64,000 nt of DNA. Origin: Eledone cirrhosa. Taxonomy: Eukaryota. The notes beneath the pieces are model-generated. The model saw only the letters and a list, made by a program, of their open reading frames with translations, did not search any database and was not told where the DNA came from. The translations under genes were made by a program, and so were the position numbers. Numbering within the stretch: position 1 is the stretch's first letter; every line of letters begins with the position of its first letter. This document shows positions 40,601 to 49,235 of the stretch, piece after piece. The DNA lies in NCBI GenBank assembly GCA_964016885.1, contig OZ024752.1:37014001-37078000 (forward strand), written 5' to 3'.

Positions 40601-43600
40601 AGTAAATTATTGATATTTACATTTTGTGTTGATATTCTTAGCAATGCAAATAACATCTTGAATTTTTATTTTATAACTTTAAAGAGGTTTAATGAATCTC
40701 TAGAAGGACTGCCTGAAAAAAGTTGGTTGACTCTGACAAATTCCCTGCAAGCTACCAACCCTGAGGATCCGAAAAAAAATAAAATTTCTAGAAAGGTATT
40801 TATCTTTTTTCCTTTTTCAATTATGCTACTTACTTACTCTTGGCAAAAAGCCGAGAATAAGTAAGTAACATAGTCACTACTTTAAAATTCACAGCGAATG
40901 GACTTCAAAATGTTTTTAATAAAACATACAGTATATTATCAAATATACTATACATACATTCATATATATATTGATGACTGAGATCTTTGTCGCTCCGCAG
41001 TAATACAGAAGACCCGCCTTGCCTAAGTACAAAGCGAAACCTACAGTCAGTAGGCACCTCTTAATCAAATATACACCCCCATCCCACTACCCCAACTCCC
41101 CCACCCCCCATCAACACCACCCCTTTCTCTGTAAAGTTATGTTGGTACCACAGCATCCAGTCCTAAATAAATGAGGTCGTGTAGGTGTCACGACAAAAAA
41201 AAAGACACACAGTCCACACGCTGTAATGTGGCCGTGTAGGTAACACGGTAAAAACCTCCCAGACCCACACTGTAAATGTGGTTGGTGTTAGGAAGGGCAT
41301 CCAGCCGTAGAAAACCCGCCAGTCAGTCCTATGCGAGCAATGACAACCACTCTTGCCTCAAGTGGGACAATTCCTGTCTAAACCCATGCTAGCGTGGAAG
41401 ATAGACGTTAAATGATGATGATGATGATGATTTCAGAGCACCAATACTAATCATCATCATCATCATCAACGTTTAACGTTCGTGTTCCACCACGCTTGCA
41501 TGGGTTTGGACGGGGGTTTTCCCACTTGAGGCAAGAGTGGTTGTCTTGCTCGCATAGGACTGTCTGGCGGGTTTTCTACAGTTGGATGCCCTTCCTAACA
41601 CCAACCACATTTACAGTGTGGGGCTGGGAGGTTTTTACCGTGTTGCCTACACGGCCACATTACAGCGTGGACTGTGTGTTTTTTGTCGTGACACCTACAT
41701 GATCTCATTTGTTTCGGCCTGGATGGTGTGGCACCAACATAACTTTACATAGAAGGGGGCAGTGTGGATGGGGTGGAGGTGGTGGGACGGGGGGTGTATT
41801 TTGTTAGAGATGCCTACTGACTGTAGTAGGTTTTACTTTGTATTTAGGTAAGGCGGGTCTTCTCTATTACTGAGTACCGCCAAAGGTCTCGGTCCAGTGA
41901 CATTTTCTTGGTGAGGTGTAAGTGTGTGAGGTCGGAGTTTATCAGCTCGTCCCAGGTTTTTCTGGGTCTGCCTACTCCGTGGCTACCGTCTATCTTTATT
42001 GCCCTGCACTTTGTTATACAGCTATCGTCCTTCATGCGCATCACGTGACCATACCAACGTAGCCTTCTCTCTAGTAAACAACATCTGATCCCTCTTATTT
42101 CTAATTTTTTCCTTAGTTCGTTTATGCTTAGCCGTTCACGTATATTACTATTACACATCCAGCGGAGCATGCAAGCTTCGTTTCTCTCTAGTCTGCGTAT
42201 ATCCTCTGCACACAATGCCCAGGTCTCACTGCCATGCAACATTGCTGTTCGTATGCAGGCATCGTACAGCCTGCCTTTCATTTTTAGGGAGAACCCTTTA
42301 GCGGCTAATAGTGGTATAAGCTCTCTGAACTTTTTCCACCCAGTTCTGACTCTAGCTACTGTACTTTCAGAGCACCCTCCCCCACTGCTGATTTTGTCAC
42401 CCAGGTAACGGAAGCTGTCCACTATTTCTATAGAACCCTCTGCGCAGTTACTAATATATATATATATATATATATATATTCATCCATTAGGTTGTTGCTG
42501 AAGCGATGAATAATGAATCAACAGAACATCTTGGTGCTGTGATATCCATGTTTGAATGTAACTTCAACAAATTACTCATGGAATTATTAGAGAAAATGGT
42601 TTATATGATTCATGGTAATGGTGAACAAGCACTTCTTTGCAGGTATGTATTATCTTCTCTCTCTGTTCTTTTTCTTCTTCTTCGCCCAGTTATTCCTGGG
42701 AGGGTCGTGGGGGACAGTGCCCTCAAACAATCCTTCTAGTAGGTCATGTCAGTAGCAATCATCTCCAACTGATCCAGCTGGATCCCTAAGCAAGATCAGC
42801 CAAGCTCATGGATGCTATCCAAACCTCTTAGTCGGGAGTCTATCCTTGAGTGTCCTGCTGGTTAGTTTTGCTCATAAAATCTGTCCAGTGATTTCTTCCT
42901 GAGACATTCTAACCACTAACCACATGCCATTAATATCAGAGCTGTTTCCTATTCAGTTCTTTTGTTGCGATATTTCTAATAAGACACTGCCTATGATTTT
43001 CAAATGATTAAAGAATTTGGAAGAATTTATCAATATAACTAACTTCTTTGTTATTAAACTGGTGTTTGGAACATAACTTAACAAAGGTTCTGACATGTAA
43101 GCATAATGGAAGGTTTTTAGATAAATATACCACTTTAACCCTTTTGTTAATATATTTCTAATCAGAAACACTGTCCCCTATGGTCTTCAAATGATCAAGA
43201 ATTTGGAAGGATTTAGTAATATAACTAACTTTCTGGTGTCATGGCTAATTCTACCTATTAAGGGCACATGTGTCTGTCACAGTATCATGGCTAATTCTAC
43301 CTATTAAGGGCACATGTGTCTGTCACAGTATCATGGCTAATTCTACCTATTAAGGGTACATATGTCTGTCACAGTATCATGGCTAATTCTACCTATTAAG
43401 GGTACATGTGTCTGTCACAGTATCATGGCTAATTCTACCTATTAAGGGTACATGTGTCTGTCACAGTATCATGGCTAATTCTACCTATTAAGGGTACATG
43501 TGTATGTCACAGTATCATGGCTAATTCTACCTATTAAGGGTACATGTGTCTCTCACAGTATCATGGCTAATTCTACCTATTAAGGGTACATGTGTCTGTC

Positions 43601-45311
43601 ACAGTATCATGGCTTATTCTCCCTATTAAGGGTACATATGTCTCTCACAGTATCATGGCTAATTCTACCTATTAAGGGTACATGTGTCTCTCACAGTATC
43701 ATGGCTAATTCTACCTATTAAGGGTACATGTGTCTGTCGCAGTATCATGGCTAATTCTACCTATTAAGGGTACATGTGTCTCTCACAGTATCATGGCTAA
43801 TTCTACCTATTAAGGGTACATGTGTCTCTCACAGTATCATGGCTAATTCTACCTATTAAGGGTACATGTGTCTGTCACAGTATCATGGCTAATTCTACCT
43901 ATTAAGGGTACATGTGTCTGTCACAGTATCATGGCTAATTCTACCTATTAAGGGTACATGTGTCTGTCACAGTATCATGGCTAATTCTACCTATTAAGGG
44001 TACATGTGTCTGTCACAGTATCATGGCTAATTCTACCTATTAAGGGTACATGTGTCTGTCACAGTATCGTGGCTAATTCTACCTATTAAGGGTACATGTG
44101 TCTGTCACAGTATCATGGCTAATTCTACCTATTAAGGGTACATGTGTCTCACAGTATCATGGCTAATTCTACCTATTAAGGGTACATGTGTCTCACAGTA
44201 TGATGGCTAATTCTACCTATTAAGGGTACATGTGTCTCACAGTATCATGGCTAATTCTACCTATTAAGGGTACATGTGTCTCACAGTATCATGGCTAATT
44301 CTACCTATTAAGGGTACATGTGTCTGTCACAGTATCATGGCTAATTCTACCTATTAAGGGTACATGTGTCTGTCACAGTATCATGGCTAATTCTACCTAT
44401 TAAGGGTACATGTGTCTCTCACATTATCATGGCTAATTCTACCTATTAAGGGTACATGTGTCTGTCACAGTATCATGGCTAATTCTACCTATTAAGGGTA
44501 CATGTGTCTGTCACAGTATCATGGCTAATTCTACCTATTAAGGGTACATGTGTCTCTCACATTATCATGGCTAATTCTACCTATTAAGGGTACATGTGTC
44601 TGTCACAGTATCATGGCTAATTCTACCTATTAAGGGTACATGTGTCTGTCACAGTATCATGGCTAATTCTACCTATTAAGGGTACATGTGTCTGTCACAG
44701 TATCATAGCTAATTCTACCTATTAAGGGTACATGTGTCTGTCACAGTATCATGGCTAATTCTACCTATTAAGGGTACATGTGTCTGTCACAGTATCATAG
44801 CTAATTCTACCTATTAAGGGTACATGTGTCTCAGAGTTATGACACCATGTGTTTATTCTCTATTTCTAGGCTGGACTTCAATGGTTTTTATGCAAAAAAC
44901 TGTTCATCATTTGAAGGTGTGAAGTCCTCGTTAAGTGCAGGTAAGTAATATTCATGTCCGCATAGTCTTTTGTTGGTTTCAGTAATTTTATTTTGTACTT
45001 TTTGTTTTAAGTCTGCTACTTATCTTATCGATCTCTTGTTGTCCAACAGCTAAGTTATGGGACATAAACACTGACACAAATGATGTAAATACAGACCCCC
45101 CCCACACACACATACATACATATGCATGCACACACACACACACTCACACACATATATATATACATATGCATGCACAAACACAGACACATATATACATATG
45201 CATGCACACACATATATATATACATCTGCATGCACACATATATATATATACATCTGCATGCACACATACACATAAATACATATGCTTGCACTCACACACA
45301 GATACCAGTAT

Positions 45312-45346
<35 letters not shown>

Positions 45347-46929
45347 AACACATATCCATGCATTCACACATAGATACAGGCATACACACACACACACATA
45401 TACATATGCATGCACACACACATAAACATAAATACATATGCTTGCACTCAAACACAGATACCAGCACACACACACACACACACACACATTAGTATGCATG
45501 CACTCACACACAGATACTGGCATGCATGCACACACACACACAGATACATATGCATGCACTCACACAGAAAATATCTAAGAATGGGTTTGTTAATTCAAAC
45601 ATCTATAGTATCCTTTCTAGTGGAAAGATTGTTCATCATCATCATCACCGTTTTACGTCCGTTCTTCCACGCTAGCATGGGTTAGACGGGTTGTCCTGTT
45701 GTGGGCAGTGTCCAGTCGGCTGACTTTGTCTTGCTCATACGGGAACTGATTCTGGCTTGATTTCTACAGCTGGATGCCCTTCCTAACACCAACCTCATTT
45801 GCTGCGAGTGCTGGCTGCTTTTTTGCCGTGGCACCTCCACGACCACTTTGCAGTGGAATGATAGGGACCCCAGTCCTATCATCTCATTTCTACAGCTGAG
45901 TAAACTGGAGCAATGTGAAATAAAGTGTCTTGCTCAAGGAAACAACACATCACCCGGTCCGAGAATTGAACTCACAACCTTTCGATTGCAAGCCCAATGT
46001 TCTAACCACTAAGCCATGTGCCTTCATTTTTGTGAAAATATTTAGTAAACAAAATGCTTTAACTGTTCATGTGATGCAGTCATATTGTTTTTTATTTTAC
46101 AACAATATCTTACTAGTGTGCTTTCTTGTGGTACAGGATGTTAAGAATTTAAGTTTTATCAACTCTTAAGCCTTTCATAACTGCATTTCTAATGAAATAC
46201 ACTCTATTTTAATTAATTAATTAATGAAGAATTTTGAGGGATTTACTAACATTGGCGGTGGATTGGCAGTATCGGTAGGGGGTCGGACGCCATGCTTTGA
46301 AGCCTAGAGTTACCTCCCTTTATGATCTGAGTTCAAATCTCGCCGAGGTTAACTTTGCCTTTCATCCTCACGGGGTCGATAAAATAAAGTACCAGTAATA
46401 CACTGGGATAATTGCCAAAAGTAGAAACAATTATTAATTATTTCATTAATAGTAACTTTTATAAAATTATGTTGGAAGATTTTAATTTAAATTAGAAACC
46501 ATTAAAATGGGTGGTTTTATTTCATAGAACCAGACTTGGTTTTGGCCAGGTTGGTAACTAAAGGGTCAAATATGTTGTAATGATTTAGCAGAAAATATCT
46601 AAAAATGGGTTTGTTAATTCAAATGTTTATAGTACCTTTACTACTGGACAGATTGTTGTGAATATTCGTAGTAAACAAATTTGTAGTAAAGGCTTTAAAT
46701 TTTCATGTGATGTGGACATACTGTTTTGTCTTGCTAGTGCGGTTTCTTGTGGTACAGGATGTTAATTTTAAAAAAATACATTAAAAAAATACATTAAAAA
46801 AAATCAATATCATTTGTAATAATTTGATTTTCTTCTTTTATAGATGACACATTCCCACCGTCCCAAAGAAAGGGTAATTCCGACAGAAACAATTTCCCTG
46901 GTCTTTCTATTCCTAATTTGTCTTTATAA
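1101..46929 (+). CDS. TUBGCP2: Gamma-tubulin complex component 2 (GCP2), 5'-partial multi-exon gene; 22 coding exons in window (labelled a-v)
   Basis: Manually spliced exons join with consistent phases and give motifs matching GCP2 as recalled: [117 protein letters not shown]. Confidence 0.97.
1509..1586 (+). CDS. TUBGCP2: TUBGCP2 exon b ([26 protein letters not shown])
   Basis: ttctag / GTAAGG; phase 1 to 1. Confidence 0.93.
2274..2512. mobile_element. Insertion with 62-bp perfect inverted repeat and 16-bp flanking direct repeat; possibly Penelope-like remnant
   Basis: Arms 2347-2408 and 2442-2503; AATTTCTTTACTTTTA at 2258-2273 and 2513-2528. Confidence 0.6.
2539..2606 (+). CDS. TUBGCP2: TUBGCP2 exon c ([23 protein letters not shown])
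   Basis: tttaag / GTAAGT; phase 1 to 0. Confidence 0.95.
3092..3136 (+). CDS. TUBGCP2: TUBGCP2 exon d ([15 protein letters not shown])
   Basis: tttcag / GTTTGT; phase 0 to 0. Confidence 0.9.
3819..3911 (+). CDS. TUBGCP2: TUBGCP2 exon e ([31 protein letters not shown])
   Basis: ttgtag / GTAAGT; phase 0 to 0. Confidence 0.95.
4110..4980 (+). mobile_element. Cluster of tRNA-derived SINEs (family A)
   Basis: A-box-like TGGCAGTATCGG, B-box GAGTTCAAATCC, conserved core GCCTTTCATCCTTACGGGGTCGATAAAATAAAGTACCAG, several head-to-tail copies. Confidence 0.85.
5043..5104 (+). CDS. TUBGCP2: TUBGCP2 exon f ([21 protein letters not shown])
   Basis: ttacag / GTAGGT; phase 0 to 2. Confidence 0.92.
5185..5547. 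mobile_element. Non-autonomous Tc1/mariner-pogo-like DNA transposon remnant
   Basis: Repeated AAAATAAGCCCTAG subterminal motifs; right end GGGGAAACACAG-TA abutting (TA)n. Confidence 0.5.
6012..6093 (-). ncRNA. Minimal type I hammerhead ribozyme-like motif within a ~170-bp insertion (5961-6130) in (TA)n; probable Penelope-like LTR remnant
   Basis: Minus strand reads acuucc-CUGACGA-[stem II with cUUCGg cap]-GAAA-C-UAAUUA-G-UU-gggagu. Confidence 0.72.
6264..6306 (+). CDS. TUBGCP2: TUBGCP2 exon g ([14 protein letters not shown])
   Basis: ttgtag / GTAAGT; phase 2 to 0. Confidence 0.92.
6345..6955 (+). mobile_element. Three tandem family A SINEs
   Basis: Same head and core motifs as 4110-4980, separated by (ATT)n. 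Confidence 0.85.
7040..7265 (-). mobile_element. Short RTE-like LINE 3' fragment (other copies ~14770-15005 and ~42680-42905)
   Basis: Three similar copies; minus-strand peptide ...[13 protein letters not shown] resembles an RTE ORF C-terminus. Confidence 0.65.
7378..7449 (+). CDS. TUBGCP2: TUBGCP2 exon h ([24 protein letters not shown])
   Basis: tatcag / GTATGT; phase 0 to 0. Confidence 0.95.
7512..8440. repeat. ~143-bp tandem repeat, about 6.5 copies, containing the RTE/SINE tail motif
   Basis: gcctctctag recurs at 7621, 7764, 7907 and onward; unit includes ggtgttaggaagggcatcca. Confidence 0.92.
8588..8807. mobile_element. ~220-bp piggyBac-like MITE (copies at 15820-16040, 36995-37204, 40252-40472)
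   Basis: TIR CCCTTTAGCATTTA...TAAATGCTAAAGGG with TTAA-like flanks. Confidence 0.8.
8898..8947 (+). CDS. TUBGCP2: TUBGCP2 exon i ([16 protein letters not shown]), ends at a U12 donor
   Basis: ttccag acceptor; followed by ATATCCTTT, the U12 AT-type 5' splice site consensus; phase 0 to 2. Confidence 0.88.
9005..9585. repeat. 48-bp minisatellite, about 12 copies
   Basis: Unit cttattgttgtgtcaccaacacgaccaccttacagagtggactggttg; degenerate relatives at ~1750-2220. Confidence 0.93.
9765..10045 (-). mobile_element. tRNA-derived SINE family B (plus-strand copy at ~13480-13750)
   Basis: Head gtggcctagtggtaa...gttcgatt, CORE-like gtgttcttgagc, V-domain-like actggcatcctgcccaggg. Confidence 0.75.
10529..10920. 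repeat. (CAC/CAT/TAC)n trinucleotide-derived microsatellite
   Basis: Direct inspection. Confidence 0.95.
11044..11156 (+). CDS. TUBGCP2: TUBGCP2 exon j ([37 protein letters not shown]); start could alternatively be 11035
   Basis: Matches GCP2 YWDQRY...[12 protein letters not shown]; GTAAGG donor at 11157; phase 2 to 1. Confidence 0.9.
11142..11798. repeat. 39-40-bp minisatellite derived from the exon j / intron junction
   Basis: Unit ttgtaagacaatgtg(g/a)taaggggtccttttttatataca, about 17 copies. Confidence 0.93.
11991..12141 (+). CDS. TUBGCP2: TUBGCP2 exon k ([50 protein letters not shown])
   Basis: tttcag / GTATGT; phase 1 to 2. Confidence 0.96.
13850..14155. repeat. 21-bp minisatellite
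   Basis: Unit tattgattttaatgattgaag. Confidence 0.9.
14238..14329 (+). CDS. TUBGCP2: TUBGCP2 exon l ([30 protein letters not shown])
   Basis: ttttag acceptor; U12 donor GTATCCTTT at 14330; phase 2 to 1. Confidence 0.95.
14330..15059 (+). other. U12-type GT-AG intron
   Basis: GTATCCTTT donor; consensus branch site TTCCTTAAC at 15041-15049, about 10 nt before CAG acceptor. Confidence 0.93.
14383..14812. repeat. CT-rich polypyrimidine microsatellite followed by (GT)n
   Basis: Direct inspection. Confidence 0.93.
15060..15147 (+). CDS. TUBGCP2: TUBGCP2 exon m ([29 protein letters not shown])
   Basis: ttgcag / GTATTT; phase 1 to 2. Confidence 0.95.
15736..15788 (+). CDS. TUBGCP2: TUBGCP2 exon n ([17 protein letters not shown])
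   Basis: ttttag / GTAAAT; phase 2 to 1; resembles IDLMPHDLITQLLRVL. Confidence 0.88.
16093..33200. repeat. ~17.1-kb intronic satellite of a 42-bp unit (40-bp variants), roughly 400 copies
   Basis: Unit gatacatgtgactgtgaaaggtaggttgtaatgttaatggag with a small set of recurring variants. Confidence 0.98.
33264..33571. repeat. 50-bp tandem repeat, 6 copies, spanning the exon o acceptor
   Basis: cctgtct at 33264, 33314 and every 50 bp to 33564; TCTAG at 33281 and every 50 bp to 33531. Confidence 0.95.
33536..33636 (+). CDS. TUBGCP2: TUBGCP2 exon o ([34 protein letters not shown])
   Basis: Last of six tandem ttctag acceptors; GTTAGT donor; phase 1 to 0. Confidence 0.9.
33680..34295 (+). mobile_element. 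Three tandem family A SINEs
   Basis: Head and core motifs as above. Confidence 0.85.
34628..35045 (-). mobile_element. CR1/L2-clade LINE 3' end with internal ~64-bp duplication and (ATT)n tail
   Basis: Peptide TRGH...[17 protein letters not shown] is typical of CR1/L2 ORF2 C-termini; second tail fragment at ~40120-40212 on plus. Confidence 0.8.
35112..35182 (+). CDS. TUBGCP2: TUBGCP2 exon p ([23 protein letters not shown])
   Basis: tcttag / GTAAGT; phase 0 to 2. Confidence 0.96.
35193..36675. repeat. 26-bp minisatellite, ~1.5 kb
   Basis: Unit cataa(g/t)cttt(g/a)ct(a/g)tacttcacataa. Confidence 0.95.
36791..36956 (+). CDS. TUBGCP2: TUBGCP2 exon q ([55 protein letters not shown])
   Basis: tttcag / GTAAAT; phase 2 to 0. 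Confidence 0.96.
37896..38460 (+). mobile_element. Three tandem family A SINEs
   Basis: Head and core motifs. Confidence 0.85.
38502..38645 (+). CDS. TUBGCP2: TUBGCP2 exon r ([48 protein letters not shown])
   Basis: ttccag / GTAAGT; phase 0 to 0, 144 nt. Confidence 0.95.
38697..39945 (-). mobile_element. Tandem array of family A SINEs, 194-bp period
   Basis: aattgtttctac at about 38697, 38892, 39086, 39280, 39474, 39668; near-identical units. Confidence 0.9.
40685..40795 (+). CDS. TUBGCP2: TUBGCP2 exon s ([37 protein letters not shown])
   Basis: ttaaag / GTATTT; phase 0 to 0; poorly conserved region, placed by phase and position. Confidence 0.75.
40980..41430 (+). mobile_element. RTE LINE 3' end (ORF terminus, 3' UTR, (GAT)n tail)
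   Basis: Reverse-complement homologue of 41450-41890. Confidence 0.82.
41450..42450 (-). mobile_element. 5'-truncated RTE-clade LINE, ORF C-terminus 41844-42422
   Basis: FRYLG...WKKFREL...MLHGSETW...[12 protein letters not shown]...GRPRKTW motifs typical of RTE/BovB-like proteins. Confidence 0.92.
42491..42642 (+). CDS. TUBGCP2: TUBGCP2 exon t ([50 protein letters not shown])
   Basis: cattag / GTATGT; phase 0 to 2; resembles FEATINKFDKNFSAHLLDLL. Confidence 0.85.
43238..44835. repeat. 46-bp minisatellite, about 35 copies
   Basis: Unit gtatcatggctaattctacctattaagggtacatgtgtctgtcaca. Confidence 0.96.
44870..44940 (+). CDS. TUBGCP2: TUBGCP2 exon u ([24 protein letters not shown])
   Basis: ttctag / GTAAGT; hallmark GCP C-terminal RLDFNGFY motif; phase 2 to 1. 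Confidence 0.94.
45100..45567. repeat. Compound (CA)n/(TA)n microsatellite
   Basis: Direct inspection. Confidence 0.92.
45633..46023 (-). mobile_element. Full-length tRNA-head, CORE-like SINE with RTE-derived tail (family C; second copy ~52550-52893)
   Basis: Minus strand: ggcacatggcttagtggttaga...gagttcaattctc, ccttgagcaagacactt, then tail shared with RTE 3' UTR and (GAT)n. Confidence 0.82.
46844..46929 (+). CDS. TUBGCP2: Probable terminal coding exon v ([28 protein letters not shown])
   Basis: Strong pyrimidine tract and TAG acceptor, phase-compatible, TAA at 46927-46929; no homology support. Confidence 0.6.
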
Positions 46930-47112
46930 ATTGGTAAGCTGTATTTCTGCTGATTAAAATACAGTTATTTTCCTACCATTTTTCTCTTATCTTTTGGGAC
47001 AATGAAATTATTTCTAGAAGCAATTGCAGCTTGCTGTCTTAACTATTCACTTCCAGACTCCTAAATATTTCATCTTTTTCCTCCTTGGCACTCCATGTCA
47101 TAAGTTTTATAC

Positions 47113-47574
47113 ATATGAAGGTTGACTGAAAAATTCATATGAGGACTGACTGACCAAGATACTCTCATGGAATGACCAAATGAGGTTTATTTTTCAACAT
47201 AGTCCCCAGAAAAAAAAAACAATGAATTATTAATAACAAGAATTGAAATTAATGCATGCAAGATTTCACAGCTCTGGCATCTCTCCATCATAGCCAACCT
47301 AAGGACTTTTCAGCCGGCCCTTATATATATATGTGTATGTATATATATATATATACACACACATTATATACAAGTGTCAGCTGGAAAGTACATAGGCTGA
47401 CCAAGATACTCTCTTGGAACGACCAAATGAGGTTTATTTTTTCAACATAGTCCCTGGAAAGAAAAAACAATGCAGTTATTAATAGGAAGAGTTGGAATTA
47501 ATGCATGCAAGATTTCACAGCTCTAGCATCATTCCTTCATAGTCAGCCCAAGAATTTTTCAGCCGACCCTTGTA
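47113..47574. mobile_element. Two adjacent ~210-bp mariner-like MITE copies
   Basis: Shared gaccaagatactctc...caacatagtccc body; degenerate TIRs ending ttttcagccg(a/g)ccctt(g/a)ta. Confidence 0.6.
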
Positions 47575-47880
47575 TTCTTCCAGCTACCATCTGCAAACAT
47601 TTCTTTAAGACTGACAAATTAATATATGATTGATTTCATATTGCAAATATCTTATTGATTATATTTATTTTATTGCCAACCAGCACAGTTTTTTTTTAAA
47701 GGTTTTATTTTTTCTAAATCTTTTCACTTGTTTTTTTAACATTTTTTCTATGAATTAAAAAAAAAAAACATTAAAAAATATGTTTAATGATAAAAAAAAA
47801 ATGAAATTAAAAAACTAACTGTTTTGCCTTAATTCTTTTCTGATTAAAATGTAATCTTGTATTCTATCTGATCTGTATAA

Positions 47881-48975
47881 CCATCATCATGACTATCATC
47901 ACCATTACTTCTACACCATCACCATCACCATTGCTACTACACCATCACCATCATTGCTACTACACCACCACCATCACCATTATTACACCACCACCATCAC
48001 CACCACCACCATTGCTACTACACCACCACCATCACCATTATTACTACACCACCACCATCACCATTACTACTACACCACCACCATCACCATCACCACTACT
48101 ACACCACCACCATCACCACCATTACTACTACACCACCACCATCACCACCATTGCTACTACACCACCACCACCATTACTACTACACCATCACCACCACCAC
48201 CATTGCTACTACACTACCACCATCACCATTATTACTACACCACCACCATCACCATTACTACTACACCACCACCATCAACATCACCACTACTACACCACCA
48301 CCATCACCACCATTACTACTACACCACCACCATCACCACCATTACTACTACACCACCACCATCACCATTATTACTACACCACCACCATCACCATTACTAC
48401 TACACCACCACCATCACCATCACCACTACTACACCACCACCATCACCACCATTACTACTACACCACCACCATCACCACCATTACTACTACACCACCACCA
48501 TCACCATTACTACTACACCACCACCATCACCATTACACCACTATCATCATCACCATTACTACTACACCACCACCATCACCACCATTACTACTACACCATC
48601 ACCATCACCATTACTACTACACCACCACCATCATCACCATCACAACCATCATTACAACCACCACCATCAATACCATCATTACAACCACCACCACCACCAC
48701 CACCATCATCATCACGACCATCATTACAACCACCACCACCATCAATACCATCATTACAACCACCACCACCACCACCACCACTATCAATACCATCATTACA
48801 ACCACCACCACAACCACCACCACCACCATCATCACCACGACCACCATGACCACCACCACCACCACCACCACCACCATCATCACCACCATCATTACAACCA
48901 CCACCACCACCATCCATTATTATTACCATCATCATCATCATTAAGATTACCGCCATTATCATCACTATCACCATG
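47881..48975. repeat. (CAC/CAT/TAC)n-derived compound repeat
   Basis: Direct inspection. Confidence 0.95.
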
Positions 48976-49235
48976 AGCAAGGCATGGTCACCTGACCCAA
49001 CTTGCCTTTAATGGGACAACCCGTCTAACCCATGCTATTGAGTGAACTAGAGCAACATGTGATATATTCTGTTTTTGAGCAAGTATCAGAAACACAATAT
49101 GTCACCTGGCCTGGGAATTGAACCCATGACTTTATTGATTGTGAACCCAACACCCTAAACCCATGGCAACTTGTCTTTAGTATTTTAACCAATTCTGAGG
49201 GAGTGAAATACTATGGTTAATAGACAGTCAAACAA

